Below, one piece after another: positions 1 through 9,087 of a stretch of 64,000 nucleotides of DNA. Every line of letters begins with the position of its first letter. The stretch's first letter is position 1. A program made the position numbers and the translations under genes. The notes under the pieces were generated by a model. It ran no database searches, had not been told where the DNA came from, and worked only from the letters and a program-made list of their open reading frames with translations. This DNA comes from Acidimicrobiales bacterium (GTDB lineage: Bacteria > Actinomycetota > Acidimicrobiia > Acidimicrobiales > Bog-793). The DNA is taken from positions 82,705 through 146,704 of the forward strand of contig JBEKYM010000001.1 of NCBI GenBank assembly GCA_049510975.1, written 5' to 3'.

Positions 1-167
1 ACAATCGACGTGGCGCCCTCGGCCGAGCGTGCGAACCTGGCGAAACCCACCCCGATGGCTGCCGCCATCGCGCCGTCGAGCTGGTCGGGCACGATGCCGC
101 GGACGTCATAGGCCTTGAAGATGGCGTCGAACGGGTTGTGCGAGGACGCAGGAGTGGCGGGGGGCAT
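1..167 (-). CDS. Phosphomannomutase/phosphoglucomutase, N-terminal fragment (gene runs off the left edge of the window)
   Basis: My own minus-strand translation from ATG at 167 gives MPPATPASSHNPFDAIFKAYDVRGIVPDQLDGAMAAAIGVGFARF. The FKAYDVRG(I/V)VP motif is the typical N-terminus of alpha-D-phosphohexomutases. It is absent from the ORF track because no stop lies in the window. Confidence 0.6.
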   Translation of the reverse strand, partial: MPPATPASSHNPFDAIFKAYDVRGIVPDQLDGAMAAAIGVGFARFARSAEGATSI

Positions 168-186
168 TGCGATGGGAGCCTAACGG

Positions 187-1053
187 TCAATGCTGGAGCA
201 CGAAGGCGATGATCGTGGTCGTGTTGAAGGCGATGTGAGCCATGATCGTCGGGCCGAGCCTGCCGGTGCGGTAGGCGACGTAGGCGAGGAGCATGCCGAA
301 GCCGGCCAAGCCGAGAAACTGGAGTTTCTCGAAATGGACGAGCCCGAAGACGAACCCGGTGACGACGATGGCAAGGGCCGGGCCAAGCCGGGGACCGAGC
401 CCTTCGAACCTGCCCAGCAGCCCGCGGAGCAGCAACCCGCGGAAGAAGAGCTCCTCCACCACGGGGCTGCCGACGCAGACGAGGATGGTGAGCACGACCA
501 GGCTGGCGGTGTTGTACTGAGCCGGCGAGAGGAGCTGCTGGGCCGGGTGACCGAGCTGCGAATTGAGGTTGCGCACGAACGGCTGCAGGGGCAGCTCGAG
601 CAACGGGACGAGCAAGTACTGAGAGGCGACCCCGATGACGATTCCGAGGGGGACGTCGGGCCACAGACGAATGCGCCAGCCGTAGGCGTCCGCCAGGCTT
701 CGCCGGCCGGAGGGCGCCGCCGTCGCCGAGGCGGCGCCGGCTGAGCTCTGCTCCCGTGACATCCTGCCGGCGCCGCTCGCCGATCGCGCTCCTCCGCCGC
801 GGCCGGCTGTGGCCAGCCCGGCCGATCCGGCCAGCCCGCCGCTTCGGCTGGCGAGAATGGCGGAGCCGGCAAAGCCGATCCACAAGCCGGCGAACCCCGC
901 CAAATCCGTGCCGACTTCGTTCGGGTGGCCGCCGGCGAGGGCGCTGTACAACGAACTGGCCACGATCGACAGCAAGAAACCCACGACCAGGCCGAACGCC
1001 GCCTCCCAGATGCCGAAGGGGTTGCCGAGCGCTCGGGAGCCGGCGTCGCCCAT
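187..1053 (-). CDS. CPBP family (CAAX-type) intramembrane metalloprotease
   Basis: It has the EELFFRGLLL and FGLVHF motifs and several hydrophobic helices. The start was trimmed to the internal ATG (MGDAGSRALGNPFG) because the longer ORF overlaps ftsH. There is a low-complexity Gly/Ala/Ser loop between helices. Confidence 0.7.
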   Translation of the reverse strand: MGDAGSRALGNPFGIWEAAFGLVVGFLLSIVASSLYSALAGGHPNEVGTDLAGFAGLWIGFAGSAILASRSGGLAGSAGLATAGRGGGARSASGAGRMSREQSSAGAASATAAPSGRRSLADAYGWRIRLWPDVPLGIVIGVASQYLLVPLLELPLQPFVRNLNSQLGHPAQQLLSPAQYNTASLVVLTILVCVGSPVVEELFFRGLLLRGLLGRFEGLGPRLGPALAIVVTGFVFGLVHFEKLQFLGLAGFGMLLAYVAYRTGRLGPTIMAHIAFNTTTIIAFVLQH

Positions 1054-1140
1054 CGTGTGAGCGTCGCCCGGATGAGGGCCTTCGGTCAAGCTCGGCGGGA
1101 CGATGTCCGCTCCCCGGGACGGCACGCCTACGATGTTGGG

Positions 1141-3174
1141 GTGAGTCGTCAACCCCAAGACCTGCGCCCCGGCGGTCAGGGACGTCCAGGTTCGGGATCC
1201 ACCGGCAACGAACAGCCCTGGCGCTGGTTGCTCGCCCTCGGCGCCGTCGTCATTCTCGTCCTGCTCCTCACGTCCTTTATGCACGGGAGCACCGCCAAGT
1301 CGATCCGGTACTCGGAGTTCCTGAGCGACGTGAGCCACAACCAGGTGGCGAGCGTGAACTACGACAACACGAATGCCGCCATCACCGGCGAGCTACGCAC
1401 GGGCGTGAACTACAGCACGACCGGGTCCGCCCAGGGGCTTCCGACGACGGTCGTGAACGAGCTGAAGAAGAACAACGCCGAGCTGACGTTCTCGACGCCT
1501 TCGACCAGCATCCTCTCCGAGCTCCTCATCTGGGTCCTGCCCGTGCTGCTCCTCGTGGGGTTCTTCGTCTGGATGAGCCGCCGCGCCCAGGGACAGATGA
1601 CCGGCATCATGTCGATCGGTCGGTCGCGAGCCAAGGTGTACACGACGGAGCGCCCGCGTACGACCTTCAACGACGTCGCCGGATACGCCGGAGTGAAACA
1701 AGAGATCAGCGAAGTCGTCGACTTCCTGAAATCATCGGCACGGTTTCGAGATATCGGTGCCCGAGTGCCAAAAGGCGTCCTGCTCGTCGGGCCGCCGGGC
1801 ACCGGCAAGACGCTGCTGGCACGTGCCGTCGCCGGCGAGGCCGGCGTGCCGTTCCTGTCGGTGAGCGGGTCGGACTTCATGGAGATGTTCGTCGGCGTGG
1901 GCGCGAGCCGCGTACGCGACCTCTTCCAGACGGCGCGCAAGCAAGCTCCGGCCATCATCTTCGTGGACGAGATCGACTCCATCGGGCGTAAGCGCGGCGC
2001 CGGTCTCGGCGGTGGTCACGACGAGCGTGAGCAGACGCTGAACCAGATGCTGAACGAGATGGACGGCTTCGATCCGACCGAGGGCGTCGTCATCATGGCG
2101 GCGACGAACCGTCCCGACATCCTCGACCCGGCGCTGCTCCGGCCTGGGCGTTTCGACCGCCAGATCGTCGTGCCGCTCCCCGATCTCGACGAGCGCCTCC
2201 CCATCCTCCAAGTGCACTGCCGCGACAAGCGCATCAGCGACGACGTCGACTTGTCGATCGTCGCCCGCGGCACGCCGGGCATGAGCGGTGCCGAGCTGGC
2301 CAACCTCGTGAACGAGGCGGCGTTGCACGCCGTCCGCCGCGGGAGCCAGTGGATCCAGATGCGTGACTTCGACGCCGCTCGCGACCGCGTGCTCATGGGC
2401 ATGCCTCGCGAGTCGATGGCGCTCTCGCCCGACGAGAAAGAGCGCGTCGCCTTCCACGAGGGCGGCCATGCCGTGCTCGCCTACGTCCTCCCGCATGCCG
2501 ATCCGCTGCTGAAGGTGAGCATCATCCCGACGGGCATGGCGCTCGGCGTCACCCAGCAGCTGCCGGCCGAGGAGCGGCACATCTACCCCCGCGAGTACAT
2601 CGAGGACTCGCTCGCGGTGCGAATGGGTGGCCGTGTCGCCGAGAAGCTCGTCTATGACGGCCTCTCGACCGGTGCCAGCGACGACCTGCAGCGCAACACC
2701 GAGCTCGCCCGCAAGATGGTGCGCGAGTGGGGAATGTCCGATCGCATCGGGCCGATGGCGTGGGGGTCGCAGGGAACGGTGTTCCTCGGCGAGGACCTCA
2801 TGCACACGCGGGACTACTCCGAGGACACGAGCCGGGTGGTCGACGAGGAGATCGAGCGCATCCTTCGCGCCCAGGAGCTCCGCGCCGAGCAAGTCCTGAG
2901 CGAACACCGGGGCGGTCTCGAAGCGGTCGCGAGCGCTTTGCTCGAGCACGAGACCATCGACGGGCGGGAGATCGCACATCTGGTCGACGAGGCGTACGGC
3001 CGGCCGGTGCACGAGCTGCCGAGCGGCGAGGACGTCGACGACTCGACCCGCTTTGCCACCTCGCTCGTCGGTGGTGCGTCGGATCCGCAGCCTGTCGGCA
3101 TGGCACCGTCGTCCCCCTCGAACGGGAGCGGGCTCTCCGCCGACGGACCCCGCGTTCCTCCCGGCCTCGACTGA
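1141..3174 (+). CDS. ftsH: ATP-dependent zinc metalloprotease FtsH
   Basis: It has Walker A GPPGTGKT, the AAA second region of homology, the HEGGHA zinc motif, and two N-terminal TM segments. The start is uncertain: GTG at 1141 is chosen, ATG at 1072 is also in frame, and the ORF opens at 925. Confidence 0.93.
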   Translation: MSRQPQDLRPGGQGRPGSGSTGNEQPWRWLLALGAVVILVLLLTSFMHGSTAKSIRYSEFLSDVSHNQVASVNYDNTNAAITGELRTGVNYSTTGSAQGLPTTVVNELKKNNAELTFSTPSTSILSELLIWVLPVLLLVGFFVWMSRRAQGQMTGIMSIGRSRAKVYTTERPRTTFNDVAGYAGVKQEISEVVDFLKSSARFRDIGARVPKGVLLVGPPGTGKTLLARAVAGEAGVPFLSVSGSDFMEMFVGVGASRVRDLFQTARKQAPAIIFVDEIDSIGRKRGAGLGGGHDEREQTLNQMLNEMDGFDPTEGVVIMAATNRPDILDPALLRPGRFDRQIVVPLPDLDERLPILQVHCRDKRISDDVDLSIVARGTPGMSGAELANLVNEAALHAVRRGSQWIQMRDFDAARDRVLMGMPRESMALSPDEKERVAFHEGGHAVLAYVLPHADPLLKVSIIPTGMALGVTQQLPAEERHIYPREYIEDSLAVRMGGRVAEKLVYDGLSTGASDDLQRNTELARKMVREWGMSDRIGPMAWGSQGTVFLGEDLMHTRDYSEDTSRVVDEEIERILRAQELRAEQVLSEHRGGLEAVASALLEHETIDGREIAHLVDEAYGRPVHELPSGEDVDDSTRFATSLVGGASDPQPVGMAPSSPSNGSGLSADGPRVPPGLD

Positions 3175-3196
3175 GCGGCCGGCGCCGAGCGCCGGG

Positions 3197-3415
3197 GCCG
3201 GCGATCCGTGTGCACAGGCTGACCGGAAACGCCCGCCGCCACCCGGCAATCACTTTGTGCTCACGGTTCGAGCCGAACCCGCCGGCGCCGGCGATCCGTG
3301 TGCACAGGGTGACCGGAAACGCCCCCCGGCGGTCACTTTGTGCTCACGGTTCGAGCCGAACCCGCCGGAGCCGGCGATCCGTGCGCACAGGGTGACGGGC
3401 AACGCTCGCGGCCCC
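3197..3415 (+). repeat. Tandem intergenic repeat, about 2.5 units of 84-90 bp, each unit with two hairpins
   Basis: GCCGGCGATCCGTGTGCACAGG(C/G)TGACCGGAAACGC occurs at 3197 and 3287, with a diverged copy at 3370. CACTTTGTGCTCACGGTTCGAGCCGAACCCGCCGG occurs at 3251 and 3334. Hairpins are CACAGGGTGAC/GTCACTTTGTG (G-U pairs only on the plus-strand RNA) and GGTTCG-AGC-CGAACC. The array lies between the convergent stops of ftsH and the 3419..5077 gene. Confidence 0.85.
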
Positions 3416-3418
3416 GGC

Positions 3419-5077
3419 TCAGCCGGTGACGGCCACTCCAAGGGTCGGCACCGGCGCCACCGGAACCGGGTGCTGCACGGTCCCGAGGGCATAGAAGTCC
3501 TGTTCGGCAACGATTGGCGTGCCGGAGTCGACGATCAGGCCGGCGAAGTCCGCCCCGGCAATCGGAAGCCGCAACACGACCTTCGCCGAGCTCCCGCCCG
3601 CCAGTGTGAGGGTGCTGAGTTGCTGGAGGCTGGACGAGCCCGAGGCTGTCGTGAGCTCGGAGATGCGCAGCACTGCCGGCTCCGAGCCGGGGTTGGAGAA
3701 CACGAGTCCCCCGCTCAGGCGTGGCACCGTCGTCGTCGCCGAACCGGCAGTCACCGGCACGACCCAACCGTCGCTCGGCTGCGCCGTCCCTGCGGCCAGC
3801 GCCACCGTCTCGGTGTGGGGCCCGAGGTGTTGCACGGCCACCCTTGCTACGACGACGCCGACACCTTCGGCCGTCCGGATGACGATCGGGCCCTCGACGG
3901 GCAACGGTTCGTTCCCTACCGGGGAGCCCGCCGTCGGGAGCGGCAGCTCGACCTCGCGGACGAGGCCGGCAGGGACGACAACGCTGATCTCGGTCAAGGG
4001 CCGCCCAAGGACCGGCGAGGCGATCGTCACCGTCGCCGGCCGGGGACCCGGGTCGTAGACGTCGACGGAGACGGTGCGCGTGATCTGGCCGAGACCGGGC
4101 GTCATCACCCAGGTGTCCTCGGGGACGGCGACACCGACGAGCAGGGCCTGCCCATTCATGGCCGTCGCTGCCGTCGGGTCGGAGGCGACCGTCTCGGCGG
4201 CACCAAGGGCGACGCGCCCGATCGTCGTCGACACCGCCACGGCCACGTCGGGCTGTTGCACCACCCAACGGGAAAGATTGAAGATCTGCAACGAGTATGG
4301 CTTCACGATCAACCCCTGCAGTGCCGGCGGCGTGATGACAGCGGACCCCGTCGATACCCGGATGGCGGCCACGGCCTGCGTCGCCGTCGGGTCGAAGAGC
4401 GAAACGATCACGTCGGACTGCCCCGCTGTGGATCCGGCCGCCACGTACGAGCTCGTCGTCGCCCCGGTCGTGCAGGGGGACTCCAGCGGGGCGATCGACA
4501 AAAGCGCCTGCCGAGCCGAGCCATGATGGCGAACGGGCGGCGGCAGCGGCACGGCTGCGACGGATTCGAAGACGGCGACCGCTCCGGCTGTAGCGAGGAC
4601 GCTGACGGCATCATCTTGCGCCGGGCCGGTCGTCGCCAACGGGACGACCTGCTCGGAGCGGGGGCCCAGCGACATCTGGGTTCGCGAGGGCGGCAGAGCA
4701 TGACCGCCCTTCCTCGAACCAACCGTGACGGCTTCGACCTGGATCTCCACGCTCGCGGGCTTGACATCGGGGTTCACGATGATGACGGAGGAACGATCCG
4801 CCGAGCTCCCGGCGGGGAGCGGGCCTGGGCACTCCCACTCGACCGCCGCTGATGGCGTCAGGCTGACCGACGGCAACTGGCCACCGGGCGCGCTGGACAG
4901 CACGGCGGCGGATCGGGGGTGGACGAACGCCCCGGCCAGGAGAATGCCGGCGAGCAGGACGAGGACGAGGGCGACCGCCCGCAGGCGCTGGCTCGCTTCG
5001 AGCCGTCCGGCGTCGCGCTTGTCCCTCGAACGGCGCTCGTGAGAGCGGAGCGGCTCGTTGCCCGTCGTCATCGCCAC
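3419..5077 (-). CDS. Membrane-anchored secreted protein, DUF5719-like (uncharacterised partner of the upstream glycosyltransferase)
   Basis: It has a basic N-terminus, one TM helix (AVALVLVLLAGILLAGAF), and a long beta-rich extracytoplasmic region. The GTG start overlaps the stop of the GT2 gene by 10 nt. The family assignment is from memory of the conserved actinobacterial gene pair and is not verified. Confidence 0.6.
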   Translation of the reverse strand: MAMTTGNEPLRSHERRSRDKRDAGRLEASQRLRAVALVLVLLAGILLAGAFVHPRSAAVLSSAPGGQLPSVSLTPSAAVEWECPGPLPAGSSADRSSVIIVNPDVKPASVEIQVEAVTVGSRKGGHALPPSRTQMSLGPRSEQVVPLATTGPAQDDAVSVLATAGAVAVFESVAAVPLPPPVRHHGSARQALLSIAPLESPCTTGATTSSYVAAGSTAGQSDVIVSLFDPTATQAVAAIRVSTGSAVITPPALQGLIVKPYSLQIFNLSRWVVQQPDVAVAVSTTIGRVALGAAETVASDPTAATAMNGQALLVGVAVPEDTWVMTPGLGQITRTVSVDVYDPGPRPATVTIASPVLGRPLTEISVVVPAGLVREVELPLPTAGSPVGNEPLPVEGPIVIRTAEGVGVVVARVAVQHLGPHTETVALAAGTAQPSDGWVVPVTAGSATTTVPRLSGGLVFSNPGSEPAVLRISELTTASGSSSLQQLSTLTLAGGSSAKVVLRLPIAGADFAGLIVDSGTPIVAEQDFYALGTVQHPVPVAPVPTLGVAVTG

Positions 5078-8000
5078 TCGCTCTCCTCGGGCGCGCCGGC
5101 GGACGGGACCGGGACGATCGGCGCAGCAACCTCCGACGCGCCCTCGTCGACGCCAACCGCCGGAGCCCGAGGATCCGGGCTGTCCGCCACCTCGACGTCC
5201 TCCGGCGGGCTCGCCTCGCCTGCCGCCTCCGGGACGGCCTGCTCAGGCGGGGACTCCGCCGGCGTACTCGGTGGCCCTAGCTCGTGAGCAAGGCCCTCCT
5301 GCTCCGCCGGCCCGGCGCCGAGAGGCGCCGCCGGAGGCGCCGCCGCCACGACACCGGCCCGCCGGCGCCCCGCCCGTCGGCGGCGCGTCACGCCCTCGGC
5401 GAGGCAGGCAAACACGGCGACCAAGGCCGCAGCCACGCCGATGAGCCGGCCCGTTTTGCTGCCGCCGCCGGCCGAGGCCACGGTTCCGGCGCCGTTGGCC
5501 GGGACCCAGGCGGCGTTGGCCCACACGAGCACGCCGTCTTCCGGGGGGAGCTGGCGGAGATCCGTCTGCGAGTCGAGCGCCCGTACCAACGCCGGCGGGG
5601 GCGGAGCCGGTGGAGGTGTCTGTACCCCGATGAGCACCGGTGCCGACGCCGTCGGGACGACGACGTAGCGGACTCCCGCCGGCGCCAGCAGTGCCCCGAG
5701 GCGAAGCGTCCGCCCGGCCATGGCAACGTCGATGTCCGCCGTGACAGCCGAAGCACGGCCGGGGTCGGGGTTCGGCCAGAGCGTCGCCATCGAGGGCAAC
5801 CCGGTCGTGGTGACGAACTCCGAGAAACCCGGCCCGGCTTGGAACGCCGACCCAGGGAGTGCGCCTGCATCCCCGATCCACACGACGCGTGCGCCGGGGG
5901 GCGACGATGTCGTGAACTCGCCGGCGGTTTCTTCGAAGCCCACACCCGGCAAGTTGCCACGCCCCCCGAGCATGGCTCCGAGTGCCGGGAGGATACCGAT
6001 GGCGAAGCACCCGACCGCCAGCACGGCGGTGATCTGACGCCAGCCGAAGCGATGATGTCTCAAGTCGAGCTCGAAGGCCGCCGTGGCGATGCCACAGCAG
6101 GCGGCGAAGGCGACCGCCGCCGGCGCCACCAGTACTTCGGCGTCGCCGCCGCCGGCGCCGAGCCATCCGGAGCTACCCGCCCATGCGAGCGCGATCGACC
6201 CGAGGGCGCAAACCCACCAGCGGGTGGCCCAAGCCAGGCGAGGACCGCGAGCCCACAGGAAGGCAAAGCCGGCCAGGACAACCAGTCCCGCTGCTCCCCA
6301 CCAGGCGCCGACTGGGCCCGTATGCGCCCGCAGCAGGTCGGCCGGGCTGAGGGCCGATCCCGCCGGGGGTACCGAACCGGCGAACAAGCTCCAGCGAGAA
6401 CCCGTCTGCAGCCAGGTGACGGACCAGGGAAGACAGCACAGGAACGCCACCACGAGCCCGCCGCCGCCGACGACGGCGCTGCGAACCATGGCGCCGGCTC
6501 CGCCCACGACCAGCGACGCCGCCAGCGTCGTGACGACGATGACGCCGACGTCGAGCAGAACCGGAGGCGCCAATGCGCCCAAGACGGCGAGGAGGAGCCC
6601 GAGGGGAGCGATCTCAGCGATGAGGCTCCGGAGGTCCCAGCGGATCTTGGCGGGCCCGTGGGACGGGACGAAGGGGCGCAACCCGCTGGCGCGACCGAGG
6701 CGTGCGAGCACGAATGGCAGCCCTGCGAGCGCGACCGACACCTCGACGTCGCCGCCGGCGAGGCCGTTCCAGATGAGCGGAGAAGCGGCGAAGGCGACCG
6801 AGGCGACGATGCGTGCCCGCGACGAACCGAAATCGCGCACGAGACGCCAGACGCCGGCCGTTCCGATGGCGAGGCCGCTCACGTAGGCCAGCTTGAGGGC
6901 GATGCCTGAGCTGTTCCCGAGCACCGTTCCGACGAGGCCGATCACTCCGTAGGCCGGCGGTCCGACCTGCGTCGCTCCCCACCCCGGGTCGCTGCGGCCG
7001 CCGAGCCACTGACCGAGGAGGTGGAGCGCGCTCGGTCCAGGAACGAGGTCGCCGATGACGGGAAGGCTCCCGAAGAGCAGGTTTCGTGTGCCGAACAGCA
7101 TGAGCAAGCCGATCAACACGCCGGCGATCAGCTGCCCGACGGGCACCTCGCCGTGCTGGGCGCGCACGAGCCACTCGGTCAGCCGGTCCACCTCGAGGTG
7201 GCGCTCGCTCCGGCCGGCCCGCCCGGTAGCGGGGACGCCGGTCGAGTGGGCTGGTGCGGCCAGGCCTCCGGTGCCTTCGCTCTCCAAGCTCCGGGCGCTG
7301 CGCCGAGGCATGGCCGCCCGCCGCGCCGGTGCGGTATCGGCATGTGCGGGGATCGGCAGCCATCGGTGGAGGCGCCCACGAGGAGACATGCGGCCGGCGA
7401 TGACCCGATCGCTCTCCTGGCGGGTCTCGTGGAGCAGCCGGCGCTGCCGGGAGAGCGAGCGCCGATGGGCGAGGTTCCACCTAAAGGCCTCTCGCGAGAC
7501 GCGGGCACGCTCTCGGCGGCCCGTCAACGGAGCCGTCACGGAGTCGAGCAGGGTCAGCACGAAGACCTGCGCGACAGCAAACCAGCGTCGGACCAGGCCG
7601 TAGTTCTTGAGGACCGCTCGCAGCTCGTTGCGCCGCCTCGTCACGAGCTCGTCGCCGGCAGAACGAGCATGGGCGGGCACGGCCGGGACGTGGCGCACGA
7701 TCGCCCGCGGTGCGGTGACGACTCGGGCCCCGGCAAGCTGCGCCCGCCAGCACAGGTCGACATCCTCCCCGTAGTCGCCCATCTCGGCATCGAACCCCTC
7801 GAGGGCGGCGAACAGGTCGACCCGGGCGAGGAGGCAGGCACTCGACACCGCGAAGACCTCCCGCACCTCGTCGTGCTGGGCCTGATCGAGCTCGCCGGCC
7901 TGAATGCGGGGCACGGGGACGCCGAAACGACTCACCCCGATGCCGATCTGCAGGAGGCGGTCGGGTCGATCCCAGTCGACGAGTTTCGGGCCGACGATGC

Positions 8001-8346
8001 CGGCGTTCGACCGGAACGCCTCCTCCACCATGAGCGCCACAGCACGGGGGCCAAGGGCGACGTCGTCGTGGCAAAAGAGGAAGAAGCTGGCGCCCTCGAT
8101 CCCCTCGAGCACCTCGTTGGCCGCCTCGGCAAACCCGCCGGCGTCGGGACGTCGGCGGACGAACGCGCTCGGCATGACGCTGGCGACTCGGCTGGTCACG
8201 CCATCGGCTGCCCCAGCCTCGACGACAAGGACGTCCAAACTGGGATAGTCCTGCTGCTCGAGCGACTCGAGGCAAGACTCCAGGACGGCGCCCGCCCCGG
8301 CGGTCACGACGACGGCGACGACCGGTGGTACGTACTCCTCCGGCAT
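5068..8346 (-). CDS. Family 2 glycosyltransferase fused to a large polytopic membrane domain
   Basis: The N-terminal GT-A domain (VVAVVVTAGAG...DVLVVEAGAADG...FCHDDV) is followed by more than ten hydrophobic helices and a Pro/Ala-rich tail. The start was set at ATG 8346 (MPEEYVPPVV). Confidence 0.8.
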   Translation of the reverse strand: MPEEYVPPVVAVVVTAGAGAVLESCLESLEQQDYPSLDVLVVEAGAADGVTSRVASVMPSAFVRRRPDAGGFAEAANEVLEGIEGASFFLFCHDDVALGPRAVALMVEEAFRSNAGIVGPKLVDWDRPDRLLQIGIGVSRFGVPVPRIQAGELDQAQHDEVREVFAVSSACLLARVDLFAALEGFDAEMGDYGEDVDLCWRAQLAGARVVTAPRAIVRHVPAVPAHARSAGDELVTRRRNELRAVLKNYGLVRRWFAVAQVFVLTLLDSVTAPLTGRRERARVSREAFRWNLAHRRSLSRQRRLLHETRQESDRVIAGRMSPRGRLHRWLPIPAHADTAPARRAAMPRRSARSLESEGTGGLAAPAHSTGVPATGRAGRSERHLEVDRLTEWLVRAQHGEVPVGQLIAGVLIGLLMLFGTRNLLFGSLPVIGDLVPGPSALHLLGQWLGGRSDPGWGATQVGPPAYGVIGLVGTVLGNSSGIALKLAYVSGLAIGTAGVWRLVRDFGSSRARIVASVAFAASPLIWNGLAGGDVEVSVALAGLPFVLARLGRASGLRPFVPSHGPAKIRWDLRSLIAEIAPLGLLLAVLGALAPPVLLDVGVIVVTTLAASLVVGGAGAMVRSAVVGGGGLVVAFLCCLPWSVTWLQTGSRWSLFAGSVPPAGSALSPADLLRAHTGPVGAWWGAAGLVVLAGFAFLWARGPRLAWATRWWVCALGSIALAWAGSSGWLGAGGGDAEVLVAPAAVAFAACCGIATAAFELDLRHHRFGWRQITAVLAVGCFAIGILPALGAMLGGRGNLPGVGFEETAGEFTTSSPPGARVVWIGDAGALPGSAFQAGPGFSEFVTTTGLPSMATLWPNPDPGRASAVTADIDVAMAGRTLRLGALLAPAGVRYVVVPTASAPVLIGVQTPPPAPPPPALVRALDSQTDLRQLPPEDGVLVWANAAWVPANGAGTVASAGGGSKTGRLIGVAAALVAVFACLAEGVTRRRRAGRRRAGVVAAAPPAAPLGAGPAEQEGLAHELGPPSTPAESPPEQAVPEAAGEASPPEDVEVADSPDPRAPAVGVDEGASEVAAPIVPVPSAGAPEESEWR

Positions 8347-8377
8347 CAGATTTGTCAGGCTAGTCGGCCCAAAGTGC

Positions 8378-8406
8378 TTGCAACTGTTAGCACTTAGTGT
8401 TACAGT
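8378..8406 (+). promoter_or_regulatory. Candidate sigma-70-type promoter for the 8511 gene
   Basis: TTGCAA (8378-8383), a 17-bp spacer, then TACAGT (8401-8406), in a locally AT-richer divergent intergenic region. It overlaps the small inverted repeat GTGCT-N10-AGCAC. Confidence 0.35.
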
Positions 8407-8510
8407 AGTTCGCAGACGGAGGACCAGGAAACCGGGAAACCGGTGACCTGCCTTCCAAGTCGCCAGCAAGGTCCCGGCTCACTCCGGGGCCGAACAGAAA
8501 GAGAGATGCC

Positions 8511-8921
8511 ATGCCAGGTATCAAGACTGATCTCCGCAAGACCAAGGTCGATGTCAGCAAGACTGCCACGGACCTCACCAAGGTCGCCCAGGATGCCGCC
8601 TACGTGGCCATCGGCCTCGGCGTCATCGGCTTCCAGAAGGCCCAGGTCCGCCGGCGCGAGCTGCAGAGCCAGTTCGAAGGGCTGCAGAACCAGGTCAACC
8701 AGGTGAGCCGGCGTGGCCAGGCTCCCGTCACCGACCTCCGCAAGGAGCTCGCCAAGGCGATCAAGGAGCTCGACAAGACGCTCACCCAGCTGATCGAGCG
8801 ATGGGACGCCACGATGGAGCCTGTCTCCGAGCGGCTTCCCGCCGGGGCTCAGTCCGCGCTCCAGCAGGCCAGGGAAGCCCGCGATCACGTTCGCGGGTAC
8901 CTGAGCTCGCTCGCCGCCTGA
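8511..8921 (+). CDS. Hypothetical small helical (coiled-coil, phasin/apolipoprotein-like) protein
   Basis: It is a clean 136-aa ORF with non-artefactual composition (Lys/Gln/Glu-rich heptad-like sequence) and a purine-rich stretch (AGAAAGAGAGA) upstream of the ATG. No recognisable catalytic motif. Confidence 0.55.
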   Translation: MPGIKTDLRKTKVDVSKTATDLTKVAQDAAYVAIGLGVIGFQKAQVRRRELQSQFEGLQNQVNQVSRRGQAPVTDLRKELAKAIKELDKTLTQLIERWDATMEPVSERLPAGAQSALQQAREARDHVRGYLSSLAA

Positions 8922-8979
8922 GCCTTGTCCGCCCGACGAGGGCCCGGCTGAGGCCGAGATCGTCCGGCGGTTCGCACGA

Positions 8980-9009
8980 GCGGTCCGGCTCCCCCTTTCC
9001 CCGGACCGC
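8980..9009 (+). terminator. Stem-loop downstream of the 8511..8921 gene
   Basis: GCGGTCCGG, a 12-nt loop, then CCGGACCGC (9-bp GC stem). There is no U-tract, which is common in high-GC genomes. Confidence 0.4.
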
Positions 9010-9027
9010 CGCATCGCCGGCACGTAC

Positions 9028-9069
9028 GAGGCCCGCCTTCTCCCTTCCCCCTCGGAGGAGGCGGGCCTC
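9028..9069 (-). terminator. Stem-loop downstream of the 9088..10002 gene (convergent terminator region)
   Basis: GAGGCCCGCC ... GGCGGGCCTC forms a 10-bp stem, with an inner CTCC/GGAG extension. It lies 19 nt beyond the minus-strand stop at 9088. Confidence 0.4.
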
Positions 9070-9087
9070 GCCGCGTCCGGCGCCTGC

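Noticed and set aside
1732-3249. 505-aa minus-strand ORF antisense to ftsH. Similar long antisense ORFs lie opposite metH (31491..34376), the mutase (25951..27768), the GT2 gene (5284..6909, 7021..8397) and ccmF (60801..62366).
   Set aside because: All are Arg/Gly/Pro/Ala/His-rich with no motifs. They lie opposite genes with unambiguous homology-type signatures. Open antisense frames are expected in very GC-rich DNA because stop codons are AT-rich.
3260-3285. GGTTCGAGCCGAACC resembles a tRNA T-arm, raising the idea of a tRNA or tRNA-derived element.
   Set aside because: The loop is only 3 nt. No acceptor, D or anticodon arms can be built around it, and it recurs as part of the tandem repeat unit.
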